DNA from: Pedosphaera sp.
GTDB taxonomy: Bacteria; Verrucomicrobiota; Verrucomicrobiia; Limisphaerales; SIBH01
Direction: 5' to 3'
Assembly: GCA_031414955.1 (NCBI GenBank)
Contig: JANOQV010000084.1
Coordinates: 1 to 54,619, forward strand
DNA length: 54,619 nucleotides
Position numbers and translations under genes: made by a program. The notes below the pieces were generated by a model. The model did no database searches. It saw only the letters and a program-made list of their open reading frames with translations, and was not told where the DNA came from. Positions within the stretch are counted from its first letter, which is position 1. Each line of letters begins with the position of its first letter. Positions 36,747 to 49,200 of the stretch are shown here, piece by piece.

Positions 36747-37598
36747 ATGGAACAACGGACCCTGACTCTCGGACATTCACCGGACCCGGATGATGCCTTC
36801 ATGTTCTATGCCCTGGCCAAAGATTTAATTCCGACGCACGGCTTTCGCTTCGAACACATCCTCCAGGACATCCAGACCTTAAACGAACGCGCCACACGCG
36901 GAGAACTCGACATCTCCGCGATCAGCATTCACGCCTATGCTTACGTGAGTGATCAATATGCTTTGCTGCCCAGTGGAGCCAGCATGGGCGATGGCTACGG
37001 TCCCATGCTGGTCGCCAAGTCGAAATTCTCCCGCGAAGCAGTTGGCCGGCAACGCCTCGCCGTGCCGGGACGCATGACCAGTGCCTTCCTGGCCCTTCAG
37101 CTCTGGCTGGGCAAATCGGCCAGTGAGTTCGATCATATCGTCGTGCCCTTCGATCAAATCTTTCAGGCGGTGCGCGAGGGCCGGGCGGACGTGGGCCTGA
37201 TCATTCATGAGGGCCAGCTTACTTATCAGAACGAGGGATTGGTGATGTGCGAAGACCTCGGCGTGTGGTGGGGCCGGGAGAACGACGGTCTCCCCCTGCC
37301 CCTCGGTGGCAACGTCATTCACAAACGATTCGCCCCCGAGGCCCGGAAGAAAATCTCAGATACGCTCACGGCCAGCATCCAGTTCAGCCTCGAGCACCGG
37401 GCCGAGGCTGTGCAGCACGCGCTGCAATACGCCCGCGACATGGGCCGTGAACTGGCTGATCAGTTTGTAGGGATGTACGTGAACCACTGGACGCTGGATT
37501 ACGGGGCAAAGGGTCGCGAGTCGATCCGACGGTTCCTGCGGCAGGCGCATGAACGCAACCTCATCCCGCGCGCGCCGGAACTCGAGTTTGTGATTTAG
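36747..37598 (+). CDS. mqnD: 1,4-dihydroxy-6-naphthoate synthase MqnD (futalosine menaquinone pathway)
   Basis: LGHSPDPDDAFMFYAL, DIQTLN, GASMGDGYGP, AVPGRMTSA, GLIIHEGQLTY, LPLPLGGN, GMYVN. Confidence 0.9.
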   Translation: MEQRTLTLGHSPDPDDAFMFYALAKDLIPTHGFRFEHILQDIQTLNERATRGELDISAISIHAYAYVSDQYALLPSGASMGDGYGPMLVAKSKFSREAVGRQRLAVPGRMTSAFLALQLWLGKSASEFDHIVVPFDQIFQAVREGRADVGLIIHEGQLTYQNEGLVMCEDLGVWWGRENDGLPLPLGGNVIHKRFAPEARKKISDTLTASIQFSLEHRAEAVQHALQYARDMGRELADQFVGMYVNHWTLDYGAKGRESIRRFLRQAHERNLIPRAPELEFVI

Positions 37599-37644
37599 CC
37601 GGCCCAAGGTTTCGCCTGAGGAACTCGACCGTCCGCTTTTCCGC

Positions 37645-38526
37645 TCACTTCTTTTGCTTATCCGTCACCGGCGGCCCGGTGCGGAATGGTTCGTCGGTGA
37701 AGAGATAGATGATCCGGGCCTCGGAGGTCGCAAGCAATCCCTCGGGCACGAAAGCGCAGGACTCGATGTGGGCGTCATCGAACTTGGTGCGATACGGCTT
37801 CCCCAAAGTGGCGCGGACGAGGTCGCCATCGATGCGATAGACATAGGCGCCTGCCTTTGAGACCACCCCCAGGAGCCGGCCGTCGGCTGAAATGCCAGCG
37901 CCCGTGACGGGAGCCTCGATGCGCATTTCTCCGACCCGTTGGAGCGTTTGAATCCCGGCGGAATTGGTCAGGGAGAAACGGTAGAGTTCGGCCCGCGCGT
38001 CATCGAAGACCTTCGTGATTACGTAGCCGCTCTCCCCCCAGACGATGAGCGCCTCGCTATTGAACCGGCCTTCCGGGTAGCGCAAATTCCACGACCGCGT
38101 GACGCGCACAATGCCGTTGCGGTTCGCGGTCAACTCCGGTTCCTCGACCTGATGCACGGCGATGGTCGAACGATTCAGATCATTATCCCCGATGTCACCC
38201 AGGAAGAGATGTCCCCGATCATCAACGGCGATGTCCTCCCAGTCGTCCAGCAGCGCGCCGGTGACATGATAGTCCGCGAGCGGGACTCCGGCACGACTGA
38301 TGGCGTAGAGTATCTGGCGTTTGCCGCCGCCGTCGTTATGCGTCCAGAGCACGTTCGTATCACGACGGCTCACCACCACGCCGGAGCTTTCCGTGATGCG
38401 GGGATTGGCCATGCGTCCGAGGGCCAGCACCCCCGGCGCGACTTTCCTGCCTTTGGGCAGCGACGATTTCGTTTGCGCCCCGCAAGCGGAGAGCGCACAG
38501 AGCAAAACTGACAAAATCCATTTCAT
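37645..38526 (-). CDS. Exported hypothetical protein, probable beta-propeller
   Basis: Signal/lipoprotein-like N-terminus; ITESSG, LWTHNDGG, DWEDIA, LFLGDIGDN, SEAL, ITK, ISADG motifs. Confidence 0.75.
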   Translation of the reverse strand: MKWILSVLLCALSACGAQTKSSLPKGRKVAPGVLALGRMANPRITESSGVVVSRRDTNVLWTHNDGGGKRQILYAISRAGVPLADYHVTGALLDDWEDIAVDDRGHLFLGDIGDNDLNRSTIAVHQVEEPELTANRNGIVRVTRSWNLRYPEGRFNSEALIVWGESGYVITKVFDDARAELYRFSLTNSAGIQTLQRVGEMRIEAPVTGAGISADGRLLGVVSKAGAYVYRIDGDLVRATLGKPYRTKFDDAHIESCAFVPEGLLATSEARIIYLFTDEPFRTGPPVTDKQKK

Positions 38527-38579
38527 TGAGTCGGGGTCATTAAACTGTATTTGTCGCCGGCTTGCCTTACTTTTTTCGC

Positions 38580-40844
38580 ATGAGCAGTGAGGCTTCGACG
38601 ATGGGGGCCGGCGAATCCATCATTCCGTCCCGGAGTGAGTTGAACGTGCGCGGCATGACCTGCCAAGGCTGCGCGCGGCAGGTGCGCGAGGCACTGCAAT
38701 CAGTACCCGGAGTGGCCTCGGCGGTGGTCGATCTGGAAGCGCAGCGCGCCACGGCGCGCTGGGCGGCGGATGTTCCGCCCGATGTCCAAGCAGCCATCCT
38801 CGCCATTCAGCAGGCCGGATACGAGGCCCTGGCTGTGACGGGCAGTTCCACGACCCAACCGCCCCAGACCAGCCTGCTCCAAGGCTGGGCACTGAATATC
38901 GCGCTGGGTTTTCCCGTGACCTTCATCCTCATGCTGGGCGAGTGGGGCTTCCAACTGGCCATGACGCGCTGGTTCCAATGGCTCGCCTTCGCCCTGGCCA
39001 CGCTGGTGCAGTTCGTGTGCGGCGCGCGCTTCTATCGCGGGGCCTGGCTTCAACTCAAGGCGCGCAGTTCGAACATGGACACCTTGGTGGCGCTCGGTTC
39101 CACCACGGCTTACGCCTACAGCGTCTGGGCCATGACCCGGCACGCACACGCCTATTTCATGGAAGCGGCGTCGATCATCACCCTCATCAGTGTCGGGCAC
39201 TGGCTGGAGTCGCGCATGAGCGCGCGGGCGGCCAGTTCGATGAAGAAGCTCCTGGGACTGGCTCCCGCCCAGGCACGACGGCGCAAGGCCGCGGGCGGCG
39301 AAGAGTGGGTGGCAGTCGCGGCCTTGCACCCTGGCGACATCGTGTCCCTGCGCCCCGGCGAGCGCGTGCCGACAGACGGCCTGGTCATCGAAGGCGAATC
39401 CAGCGTGGATGAAAGCATGCTCACCGGGGAATCGCTGCCCGTGGACAAATCCAGCGGCGCAATCGTTTACGGCGGCACTGTGAATTTGAACCGCCTCCTC
39501 ACCTTCCGCGTGACCACCACCGGCGAGGCGACCGCGCTGGCGCAAATCGTGGCGTCGGTGGAACGCGCCCAGAATAGCCGCGCCCGCATCCAACGCCTCG
39601 GCGACCGCGTGAGCAACATCTTTGTGCCCGTGGTAATAGTGGTGGCGATCCTGACGGCACTTTGGTGGGGATTGCTGCCGGAGACGGCGGCGCGAACGGC
39701 GCACGGCCTCTCGAATTATCTCTGGCCCATTTCCCTTCCCACTTCCACGCTGGCTGCGGCCATCATTCATTGTGCGGCAGTGCTCATCATCGCCTGCCCG
39801 TGCGCGATGGGACTGGCCACCCCCGCCGCCATCATGGCGGGAACGAACGCGGCGGCCGAGCGCGGCATCCTGATTCGCGACGGCCTCGCGCTGGAAAAAG
39901 CCGGCACCATCACCACCATCGTGTTCGACAAAACCGGGACGTTGACCTGCGGAAGACCGACCGTGGTGGAGCACCTCGTGCTGGATCAGAGTCTCGACGC
40001 GGTGGCGCTGGCCGCAGCCCTGGCGCGAAGATCAAATCATCCCTTGAGCCAGGCCGTGGCAAAATTATCGGCCACCGATTTCCCGATTACCGACTGGCGT
40101 GAACGGGCCGGCTCAGGGCTGGAGGCGAGCGTCTCCTCAAACGGCACCAACCGTTCCTTTCGATTTGGATCTCCTTCCTGGCTGGGCGAAGCGGGCTTCG
40201 AGATCCCGACCGCGCGTGAATTCACCGAACAATGGACCGCGCGCGGAGCCACGGTCGTGGGACTGGCGGCGGGCCGGCGACTGGCGGCGCTCTTCGCCTT
40301 GCAGGACGAACTGAAGCCCGAGGCCGGAGCGGTGATTCGCGAGTTGCAGACTCAAGGCCACGAAATCTATCTGCTGACCGGAGACAATCATCGCTCCGCG
40401 AACGCGGTCGGGGCAGCGCTGGGCATTCCAGCGCAAAACGTGGCGGCCGAGATACGGCCGGAGGCGAAGGCGGCCTTCGTCAAGTCGCTCCAGGACCGCG
40501 GCCAGCGCGTGGCCTTCATCGGCGATGGCATCAACGATGCGCCCGCCCTGGAACAATCCGATCTGGGCATCGCCGTGGGCCGGGCCAGCGACGTGGCCCA
40601 GATGGCCGCCGACATCGTGCTGCTCAAGTCCGACGTGCAGGCGATCCCCGAGGCGCTCGGGCTGGCGCGGGCAACATTGAGGACGATCCGCCAAAACCTG
40701 TTCTGGGCTTTCTTTTACAACGCGCTGGGCGTGCCGCTGGCCGCGTTGGGCTTCATGAGTCCAATCCTGTGCGCGGCGGCCATGGGCTTGTCCGACACGG
40801 TGGTAATCGGAAATGCGCTCCGCTTGCGTTGGTGGCGACGGTGA
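38580..40844 (+). CDS. copA: Heavy-metal translocating P1B-type ATPase, Cu(I) type
   Basis: GMTCQGC metal-binding domain, [40 protein letters not shown] in TM7 and M-x-x-S in TM8. Confidence 0.93.
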   Translation: MSSEASTMGAGESIIPSRSELNVRGMTCQGCARQVREALQSVPGVASAVVDLEAQRATARWAADVPPDVQAAILAIQQAGYEALAVTGSSTTQPPQTSLLQGWALNIALGFPVTFILMLGEWGFQLAMTRWFQWLAFALATLVQFVCGARFYRGAWLQLKARSSNMDTLVALGSTTAYAYSVWAMTRHAHAYFMEAASIITLISVGHWLESRMSARAASSMKKLLGLAPAQARRRKAAGGEEWVAVAALHPGDIVSLRPGERVPTDGLVIEGESSVDESMLTGESLPVDKSSGAIVYGGTVNLNRLLTFRVTTTGEATALAQIVASVERAQNSRARIQRLGDRVSNIFVPVVIVVAILTALWWGLLPETAARTAHGLSNYLWPISLPTSTLAAAIIHCAAVLIIACPCAMGLATPAAIMAGTNAAAERGILIRDGLALEKAGTITTIVFDKTGTLTCGRPTVVEHLVLDQSLDAVALAAALARRSNHPLSQAVAKLSATDFPITDWRERAGSGLEASVSSNGTNRSFRFGSPSWLGEAGFEIPTAREFTEQWTARGATVVGLAAGRRLAALFALQDELKPEAGAVIRELQTQGHEIYLLTGDNHRSANAVGAALGIPAQNVAAEIRPEAKAAFVKSLQDRGQRVAFIGDGINDAPALEQSDLGIAVGRASDVAQMAADIVLLKSDVQAIPEALGLARATLRTIRQNLFWAFFYNALGVPLAALGFMSPILCAAAMGLSDTVVIGNALRLRWWRR

Positions 40845-40900
40845 GAACTCGGTGAATTCAGAAACCACCCCGAGCGGATGCTTTGTCGACAAGGCCGGGA

Positions 40901-43237
40901 TCACGGCCCCAGCACCACTCGTCCGCTCTGATTCGTGCCCAGCGAGAATCCTTGTCCGGCATTCAGTTTCTGAAAAACGGCACCGCTGAAGGAGCGCAAA
41001 CTTCCGTCCGCCGGATCCGTGGCACTCCCTTGGAAGATGCCGCTCACCGGCGAGAAGGTCAGGGCCAGCGGGTTACGGCCGAGGTTCGTAATCGTGCTGC
41101 TTGAAATCAGCCGCACCAGGTTGGAGAAGGCGGGATCGATGTTGCCGCCGGAGAATTGGATGGATGCGTTGGTCAGCATCAAGACACGGTTGGTCGAACC
41201 GCTGGGCGCGAGGTAGGCCGAGCCGATGGCAGTGAAGTTGGTGTTGAAACCGCCGGCATAAAACTTCGAGCTTTCATCCGCAGCCTTGATCCAATTAAGC
41301 GACCCGTGGATGTCGTCCAGGTCGCGATTGGTGAAGGCCAGCCAGCCCATCAGCGATCCCCGGCCCCGCTGGAGCGAGCCGTAAAACGCCGCCAGCCCGG
41401 TGCCGGAAACCGTCACGCTTCGCAGCAGTTTGCTGCCGTCGGCCAGGGTGAGCCTGAAGCCCGCCGTGCCGCCAGAACTCACGATGACCGTGCCATAACC
41501 GCAGCCGGCCGGCACGGCGGCACTGTCCTCGTGACCTGCGATGGTCATGGTGTAACGGCCGGTCATGGGCGCGCGATTGGTCCGCGCACTGAACACCGCC
41601 TGCTCGCCGCGCAAGGGCGCGATCCAGTTCCCGTCCGTCACCCGGCCGAGCAATTGCCGGGGCGAACCGTCCTCGCCCCGGGTGAACTGAAGTTCCACGG
41701 TCAACGCGTTCGTCCCGGCGCGCTTGATCACGTTCGTGCCCAGGCCATCGCGCGTCAGCTTTCCCCGAAACGAAAACAGTCGGCGACCCATGCGCAACGA
41801 GCCGGAGTAAGTCCCGCGACTGGTCATGGACGCGCTGATGAACCCCGCGCTTCCCTGCTGCACGTTGTCCTCCTCGGCAAACAACCCGTTGAACTTGCCC
41901 GGCAGAAATGGATCCAGCGACGTGAACCTGCGCGCCGCATCCTCCAGCACCAGCACCCAGTCGTTGAAGTCGGGCGGCGAGAAGACACGGCTGCCACTGG
42001 CGGGGAATATGCCGCTGAAAGTCGCGCGGCCCGTGCGCGGATTAAACCACCAGGCATGGACCTGCGCGCCGGACAACCGCCCCAGGTCCACCGTGAAATT
42101 TCGTTTCGTCGGCGCGTAGGCGATCACGCAATGGCCATTCGTGTGGCGCAGCGCGGTCAAATAGTCGTCCGCCTCGAAGGTGCCAGACCCGGACGTGACG
42201 ACGTTGGTGTCGGGAGCCATCGCATACCAGGGGCGGCGGTCGAAGAGCCACTTCAGATGCGACATGCTCACCGAGGCGTCGCCATCGATTTGCGTTTCCC
42301 AGCCAGTATAGAATGGCCAGATGTCGCGGTTGCCCATGACCTGCCCGCTCGAACCGCCCAACACCGACCAGTAAGCCTGCCGGCGGACCCAGTAGGCGTC
42401 CGCGCCGTGCTCGTTCTCGAACGTGGACTCGACCAGGAACGAGGCAAGCGCCGGCGCGACGTTGTAGTCCTCGATCGTCTTGGCATAAACGCGCCGGTCG
42501 AAAAAGCCATTGATGCCGTAGGCGTAGGTCGTGTTCAGGGTCAGCCAGTCTTCTCCGTCAAAAAAATCGCGGGCCGACTGTTCGGGAAACAGTTTCGCCG
42601 TCGCGAGATGGTTGGGATCGCGTTCCGCCACACCAGCGGCGATCTCCTTGATCAACGGAAAGTAATTCGTGTCGCCGTTGTCGCCCGAGTGCAGCCAGAT
42701 GAGATTCGGCCGGTTCTTGTAGCGCTCGCCGACGAAGCGTCCGTAAGCGCGGCACTTGACCAGCCCGTTCGCCACCATCTCGTCCTGCCAGCCTTGCGCC
42801 GCGTCGTAGCCGACGTAGCACGGGGCCAGCACCACCTGGATGCCCTTGGCCGCGGCGCGCTCGATCACCCAGTCGCAGTTGGTGAAGTAACTTTCGTTGG
42901 GCGTGCTGAAGTCCCCAGGGATGTTGAACGGCGCGACACCATAGACATTCTCGCTGAACCCGCCGTTGATGGATCCATGATTGGCAACGAGCATCACCAC
43001 CACGGTGTTGAAACCCTTCTGCCGCCGGTTCTCCAAATACTTCTCCACGCCCTCATGATCCAACGTGACCATGAGCGCCCACGCGCAATCGCCCTGGAGC
43101 AGGAAGGGCACGCCGCTCTGATCCACCAGCACATGCGGATTCTGGCCGCTGACCTTGACGGGATAATTCACCGCGCCTGCCGGGCCGGCCAGCAGGAGAC
43201 AGAGCAAAAGAATCCGCGCCCAGGGGCTGTCCTTCAT
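40901..43237 (-). CDS. Exported DUF4038/GH140 (apiosidase-like) glycoside hydrolase with putative collagen-binding domain and a large C-terminal beta domain
   Basis: Signal peptide; PFLLQGDCAW, YLENRRQKGFN, YGRFVGERY..RPNLIW..GD, ESTFE, RRQAYW, WFNPRTG, DWVLVL; then ~330 aa from GKFNGLF to GRVVLGP. Confidence 0.82.
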   Translation of the reverse strand: MKDSPWARILLLCLLLAGPAGAVNYPVKVSGQNPHVLVDQSGVPFLLQGDCAWALMVTLDHEGVEKYLENRRQKGFNTVVVMLVANHGSINGGFSENVYGVAPFNIPGDFSTPNESYFTNCDWVIERAAAKGIQVVLAPCYVGYDAAQGWQDEMVANGLVKCRAYGRFVGERYKNRPNLIWLHSGDNGDTNYFPLIKEIAAGVAERDPNHLATAKLFPEQSARDFFDGEDWLTLNTTYAYGINGFFDRRVYAKTIEDYNVAPALASFLVESTFENEHGADAYWVRRQAYWSVLGGSSGQVMGNRDIWPFYTGWETQIDGDASVSMSHLKWLFDRRPWYAMAPDTNVVTSGSGTFEADDYLTALRHTNGHCVIAYAPTKRNFTVDLGRLSGAQVHAWWFNPRTGRATFSGIFPASGSRVFSPPDFNDWVLVLEDAARRFTSLDPFLPGKFNGLFAEEDNVQQGSAGFISASMTSRGTYSGSLRMGRRLFSFRGKLTRDGLGTNVIKRAGTNALTVELQFTRGEDGSPRQLLGRVTDGNWIAPLRGEQAVFSARTNRAPMTGRYTMTIAGHEDSAAVPAGCGYGTVIVSSGGTAGFRLTLADGSKLLRSVTVSGTGLAAFYGSLQRGRGSLMGWLAFTNRDLDDIHGSLNWIKAADESSKFYAGGFNTNFTAIGSAYLAPSGSTNRVLMLTNASIQFSGGNIDPAFSNLVRLISSSTITNLGRNPLALTFSPVSGIFQGSATDPADGSLRSFSGAVFQKLNAGQGFSLGTNQSGRVVLGP

Positions 43238-43282
43238 AAGTTCAACACGTCCAAACCGCACACGCGCCCAATCTAGCCGCAC

Positions 43283-46200
43283 TCATGGCCCAAGCAAGAT
43301 ACGGAAAAAGCGGCGCGGGAAGCCGGCCACGTTCGTGACCGTGCAAGGGAAGGAAGCCGCCGGAGCGTTGGTGGTGAACAAGTCGGTCCAGTCCGCCAAG
43401 TCCTCCGACGCCTGCACGGTGTAGCTGACGCCGGCGTTGCCCCCCACCTGGAGAGTGACCTCGTCATTGTTCACCAGGACCTGGGTCACGGTGATCGCCT
43501 GCAATGGGCGGACGATCACGTTGAAACTTTGCGTCGCGCCCAGCGCCGGCACACCGCTGTCGGCGACCATCCACACCACGAGGTTGGTCGTTCCGACCTG
43601 GGCCTGAATCGGTCGCCAGGCAAATACGCCGTTGATCGGATCCAGCGCCGCGCCTTCGGGGGAATCAAGCAGAGCAAAGGTCATGGTCTGTTCCGGCCCA
43701 TCCACATCGACGGCCTGGTTGGTGACCCAAAGCCACTCGCCCACGTTCGCCAGGCAGTTGGTCATCGGCCCGAGGCGCGGCGCATCATTCACCGGATTCA
43801 CGGTCAGGAGAAAGCTCGCGCTAGTCGTGTTCGTTCCATCACTGACCACGAGCGTGATGACCGCCGTGCCGTGGGCGTCCGCCGCCGGGGTCACCGTCAC
43901 CGTCCGGTTGCTGCCGCTGCCCCCGAACACAATCTGATTCGTCGGCACCAGCCCAGGATTGGAAGAAAGCGAGTCCAGCCACAAATCATCGGCGGCGGTT
44001 TCCGCGTCACCGACCACCACGATCAAAGGTCCGGCCACGGCATCTTCGTCCAGAGTGAGTTCGCTCAAACCGAGGATCGTCGGCGCGTCTTCCACGGCTT
44101 GCACATTGAGCAGGAAGCTCGTGCTTGCGCTGTTGGTCGCGTCGCGCAAGGTCACGGTAATGGTGGCGGTGCCGCTCACGTTCGCCGCCGGTGTCACGGT
44201 CACGGTGCGGTTGCTGCCGCTGCCGCCAAACACAATGCGGTTCGTCGGCAACAAGTAGGGATTGGACGAAGCAGCACTCAGCGTCAGACCCGCTGCGGCG
44301 GTGTCCAGATCGCCAACGAGGAGGCTCAACGGCTGCGTCGAGGAATCCTCGTTGAGCCACTGATCGTCCAGGCCCGTAATGGTCGGCGGATCGTCCACCG
44401 GGTTGATGGTCAACGGAAAACTCGTGCTCGTGCTGTTGGTGCCGTTGCTGACGGTCAGGATGATGTTCACCACGCCAAAGGCATTGGGCAGCGGCGTCAC
44501 CGTCACGCTGCGATTGCTGCCGCTGCCCCCGAAGACAATCTGGTTCGTGGGCACCAGCGAAGGATGGGAGGAACCCGCACTCATGGTCAGGGCGGCGGCG
44601 GGCACATGCAGATCGTCCACGGTGAAAAACTGGACCGCCGTCGCGCCATCCTCGTCGATGGTCTGCGCCGGCACGCCGGTGATGGTGGGCGCGAGCGCCA
44701 CCAGATGCACCAGCCAGTCGTCGCCATCCGGCGGAGGCGCGAGGTTCAGTCCGTTGAGCGTGTTGTTGGTCACGCGCCGGTCCTGGGGGTTCTGGGCATT
44801 GATCCAGGTGACGGCGTACGGGCCATTGCTGAAGCTGATGCTGACGCTCCCGTGCGACTGGAGATAAACCAGATACTGGTGGCCCGGTTCGGCCAGACAA
44901 AATCCGTTGTTCACCAAATCCTGACGCGGCCTCATGCGCTGGAAGGTCTGCGTCTCGAAGAAATCCCAGACCTGTTTGATGATGTCGTGGCGGGACTGGA
45001 TTTTTTCCGCAAGGTCCAGCGAGCCGCTGAAGCCGCTCGAAGAAGTGCCGTTCATATCGCCGAAATTCAAGGCGGCGGCGGACATCATGATCACGAAGCC
45101 GTTCTTGCGAATGTCGGTGTTCGAATAAGCCGGATGCCCGAGGGTGTTGCCCGGCCAGAGCGCTTCGATGGCGTAGAGCGGCTGGTTGGTGTGGGCCTCC
45201 AGCAAGCCCGCGCTGAGCGCCTGGCGGTTCAGGGTCTTGGGCCCTTGCAGCGTGGTGAAATCCTCCCACAGTTCATCCTTGAAGGCATTCTCGCCGGTCA
45301 CGTTGTGGTCGGAGACAAGGTGGCCGAACACGTCCAGCGACTTAACCAAATTGCCCAGCCGGGTGAGGTTGGTCATCCCCATCGCGTTTTGAAACAGCGC
45401 GACATCCGTGGCGTAGAGCGGTTCCGGCCCGGCCACGTTGAAGACCATGTTCCAGTACGGACCCACCCGGGCCAGCGTGTAGCGAAGATAGAGTTCCTGA
45501 TCGATGTGGTTGGTCGGGAAATCCGAGGACTTCCCGAAAAAACCGGCGAAGGGAAAGACCACCATCTTGCGATTCGCCAAGTCATCCAGAATCGCCTCCA
45601 TCTTCTGATACTCGTTCGCCTTCAGGCTGTGGGTGCCGCCGTCCCAAAGGTCCGGCGTGTTCCAGCCCTGCCCACGCCCGTTCGCGTTGCGATTCAGATA
45701 AAAACTCCCGATGGCCAGCATGTTGTAGCCCTGCCCTTGCGCCCAATCGAGGAAGGCCGTGCGATTGGTGGCCGGCCAGTTCGCGGCGAAGAAACGATCC
45801 CCGACGTGGAAGCTGCGCACCAACCGCTGGCCGCCGCCCTTGAAGCCGAACCACTGCGGGTTCGTTTCATCCGCGCCGATCAACCCCGGAATGTCGCTGA
45901 CCACGCAAAGGAACTGGCCCGTGGTCGAGAGCGAGCCGTCCGAAAAACTGGCCGTGTAGTTCCACCAGCCCAACTGGTCCGGCATGAAACGCATCCGCCA
46001 GGTGTTGCTGCCGTCGTGGAAGCCCCAGAAGTTCACCGTGCTCGCGTCCGGCTTCGTGTAGGTGACGTTCAGCGTCACGTCACGATACGGATCAGCGTAA
46101 GCCGTCTCGTTCGTGATCGCGGCCTCGAAGCGTCCCCATCTCGCCACGTAGTTCGTCACCGGCCCGCGCGTCACATCGAGCAGGAAACTCGTGCTCGTAT

Positions 46201-49200
46201 TGTTCGTGCCGTCGCTCACCGTGAGCGTGATGGTCGCCAGTCCGCTCGCATCCGGCACCGGCGTCACCAGCACCGTGCGATTGCTCCCGCTGCCGCCAAA
46301 GACAATGTTCGCCACCGGCACCAGCGTTGGATTGGAGGAGTCGCCACTCAGGGCCAACTCCCCGGCCGGCGTCTCCGCATCGCCAATCAGCACAGCCAGG
46401 ACTTCCGTGGCGGTGTCCTCGATGATCGTCTGGTTGGGCACACCGCTGATCGTCGGCGCGTCATTGATGGTGTTGACCGTGAGGAGGAAGTTCGTGCTCA
46501 CCAAGTTGGTGCCATCGCTCACGGTCAGGGTGATGACCGTGCTTCCGCTCGTTTCCGCCAGCGGCACCAGGGTCAACGTCCGATTGCTCCCGCCGCCGTT
46601 GAGAAAGATGTTTGCCAGCGGCACCAGGGCGAGGTTGGAGGATTCAACTTCCAGTGTGAGATCGTCCGCCAGGGTTTCGACATCGGCCATCACGAACGGC
46701 AGCGGCCCGGCCACGGCATCTTCATTGATGACCACATTGGTCAGTCCCGCGAGGACCGGTGGATCGTTGACCGGCAGAACCGTCAGCAGGAAGAAAGTGC
46801 TCGCGGAATTCGTGCCGTCCGTCACGAAGAGGATGATGTAAGCGAGTCCGCTGGCCTGGGCTGCGGGCGTGACTGTGACCGTGCGGTTGCTCCCGCTGCC
46901 GCCAAAAACAATTTGATTCACCGGCACCAGCGCTGGGTTCGAGGAAACCGCGTTGACCGACAGGTCCGCCGCCGCCGTTTCCACGTCGCCAATCACCACC
47001 GCCAGCGGCCCGGCCGCACCATCCTCGTTGATCTGCTGCGCGCCGGGTCCGGTAATTGTGGGTGAGTAATTCCTCGCCACCACCGTCAGCAGGAAGTTCG
47101 TGCTCGTGACATTCGTGCCGTCGCTCACCGCAAGCGTGATCATGGCCGTGCCGCTGGCGAGGGGTAACGGCGATAGCATCACGGTGCGGTTGCTGCCGCT
47201 ACCGTCGAACACGATGCGGTTGGTTGGAATCAAAGCCGGGTTGGACGAGGCGGCGCTCAAGACCAATCCCGCCGCCGGCGTTTCCACGTCGCTCACCACC
47301 AGTTCCAACGGCCCCGCCAGGTCGTCTTCATCAATCACTTGATCGCCGACGCCGGTGAGGGTCGGCGGATCGTTCACCGCGTTGACCGTCAGCAGGAAAC
47401 TTTTCTTCACCCGGTTCGTGCCGTCGCTCACGGTCATCGTGATCAGCGCGGTGCCGCTGCCATTGGCCACGGGCGTGACGTTCACGGTACGGTTGCTGCC
47501 GTCGCCGCTGAACACCATGTTCCCCACCGGCACCAACTCGGGGTTCGAGGAAGCGCCAGTCACAACCAAATCCTCCGGACTGGTCTCCACGTCGCCGACG
47601 GTGAAGGCCAGCGGCCCGGCGATGTTGTCTTCCGCGATCACCTGCGGTCCAATCCCGGTGATGGTCGGCATGTCGTTCACCGGCGACACCGTCAGCACAA
47701 AATTCGTGGTCAGGCTGTTCGTGCCATCGCTCACCGTCAGGAAGATCGTGGTCACGCCGTGCTGATTCAGCGCGGGCACAACCGTGACGGTGCGGTTGGA
47801 ACCCGAGCCGCCGAACAGAATGTTGTTCGTCGGTGCCAGCGCGGGATTGGAGGAGCCACCCGTCACCACCAGACTCCCGGCGGGCGACTCCTCGTCGGCC
47901 ACCGTGAAGTTCAAGGGGCCGGCCCCGCCATCCTCCACAATGCTCTGGTCCGCCACGCCGGTGAGGGTTGGCCGGAGATTCACCGGCTTGATCCGCAGCA
48001 AGAAGTTGGTGCTCGCGCTGTTCGTGCCATCGCTCACCGTCAGGGTGATGGTCACGAGGCCGATCTCGCCCGCCGCCGGGGTCACGCTCACGGTGCGGTT
48101 GCTGCTGCCGCCACCAAAGACAATGTTGCCCGTCGGCACGAGCAGCGGGTTCGACGAGCCGCCGCTCACCACCAGATTTTCCGCGCTGGTCTCCATGTCG
48201 CCCACGGCGAAAGGCAGCGGCCCGAGCACTGTGTCCTGGTTGTTGGTCAGCAGGCCGTCGAAGCCCGTGAGGAACGGCACGTCATTCACCGGGCGCACCG
48301 TGAGCAAAAAGCTCGTGCTCGAAACATTCGTGCCATCGCTGACCCGCAGCGTGAGGGTGACGGTCCCGTTGGCATCCGGCTGCGGCGTCACTCGCACGGT
48401 GCGATTGCTCCCGCTGCCGCCGAAGACGATTTGATTCGTCGGCACCAGGGCCGGGTTCGAGGAAAGGCCGCTCAGGGTCAGGCTCGCGGCCGGCGTCTCC
48501 CCGTCTCCCACGGTGAAGTTGAGAAATCCGGTTGCGCCATCCTCGTCGATGCTTTGCGCGTCCACCGTCGCCAGGCTCGGCGCGTCGTTCACCGGATTGA
48601 CCGTGAGCAGGAAACTGGTGCTTGTGCTGTTCGTGCCATCACGGACCGTGAGCGTGATCTGCGACGAACCGTATGCATCCGCAACCGGCGTGAGAATGGC
48701 GAAACGATTCGAACCAGAGCCAGCCAGCACGATGCGGCTGACCGGCAGCAGCAGCAGGTTGGAGGAACTGGCGGACATGACCAGGTTGCTCGGCGGTGTC
48801 TCCACATCGCCGACGTTGAAGAAGACCGGCCCGGCAAACGCGTCTTCATTGACGGACAAATCAGCCGGACTGGTGATGAGCGGCACGTCGTTCACGGGCT
48901 GGACCGTGAGCAAGAAGTTCGCGCTCGCGCTGTTGGTGCCGTCGCTCACGGTCAGCGTGATGACCGCCGTACCGTGCGCCTCGGCCATAGGCGCCAATGT
49001 CGCCGTGCGATTGGAACCGGAACCGCCGAAGACAATGCTGTTCGTGGGCACGAGTGCCGGATTGGAGGAGCCGGCGCGCAGCGTCAGATTTTGCGGGCCA
49101 AGGTCCACCGAGTTCACCAGCACGGACAACGGGCCGGCGACTCCATCCTCGCTGATCACTTGATCGGCCACGCTGGCGATGGTCGGCAAGTCAGGCAGCG

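Noticed and set aside
43529..47065. Very long antisense ORFs (43529-47065, 47339-49693, 4621-6774, 41156-43276, 15737-17740 and others)
   Set aside because: They lie opposite well-supported genes, are Arg/Ala/Gly/His-rich and lack motifs; expected shadows of GC-rich codon usage.
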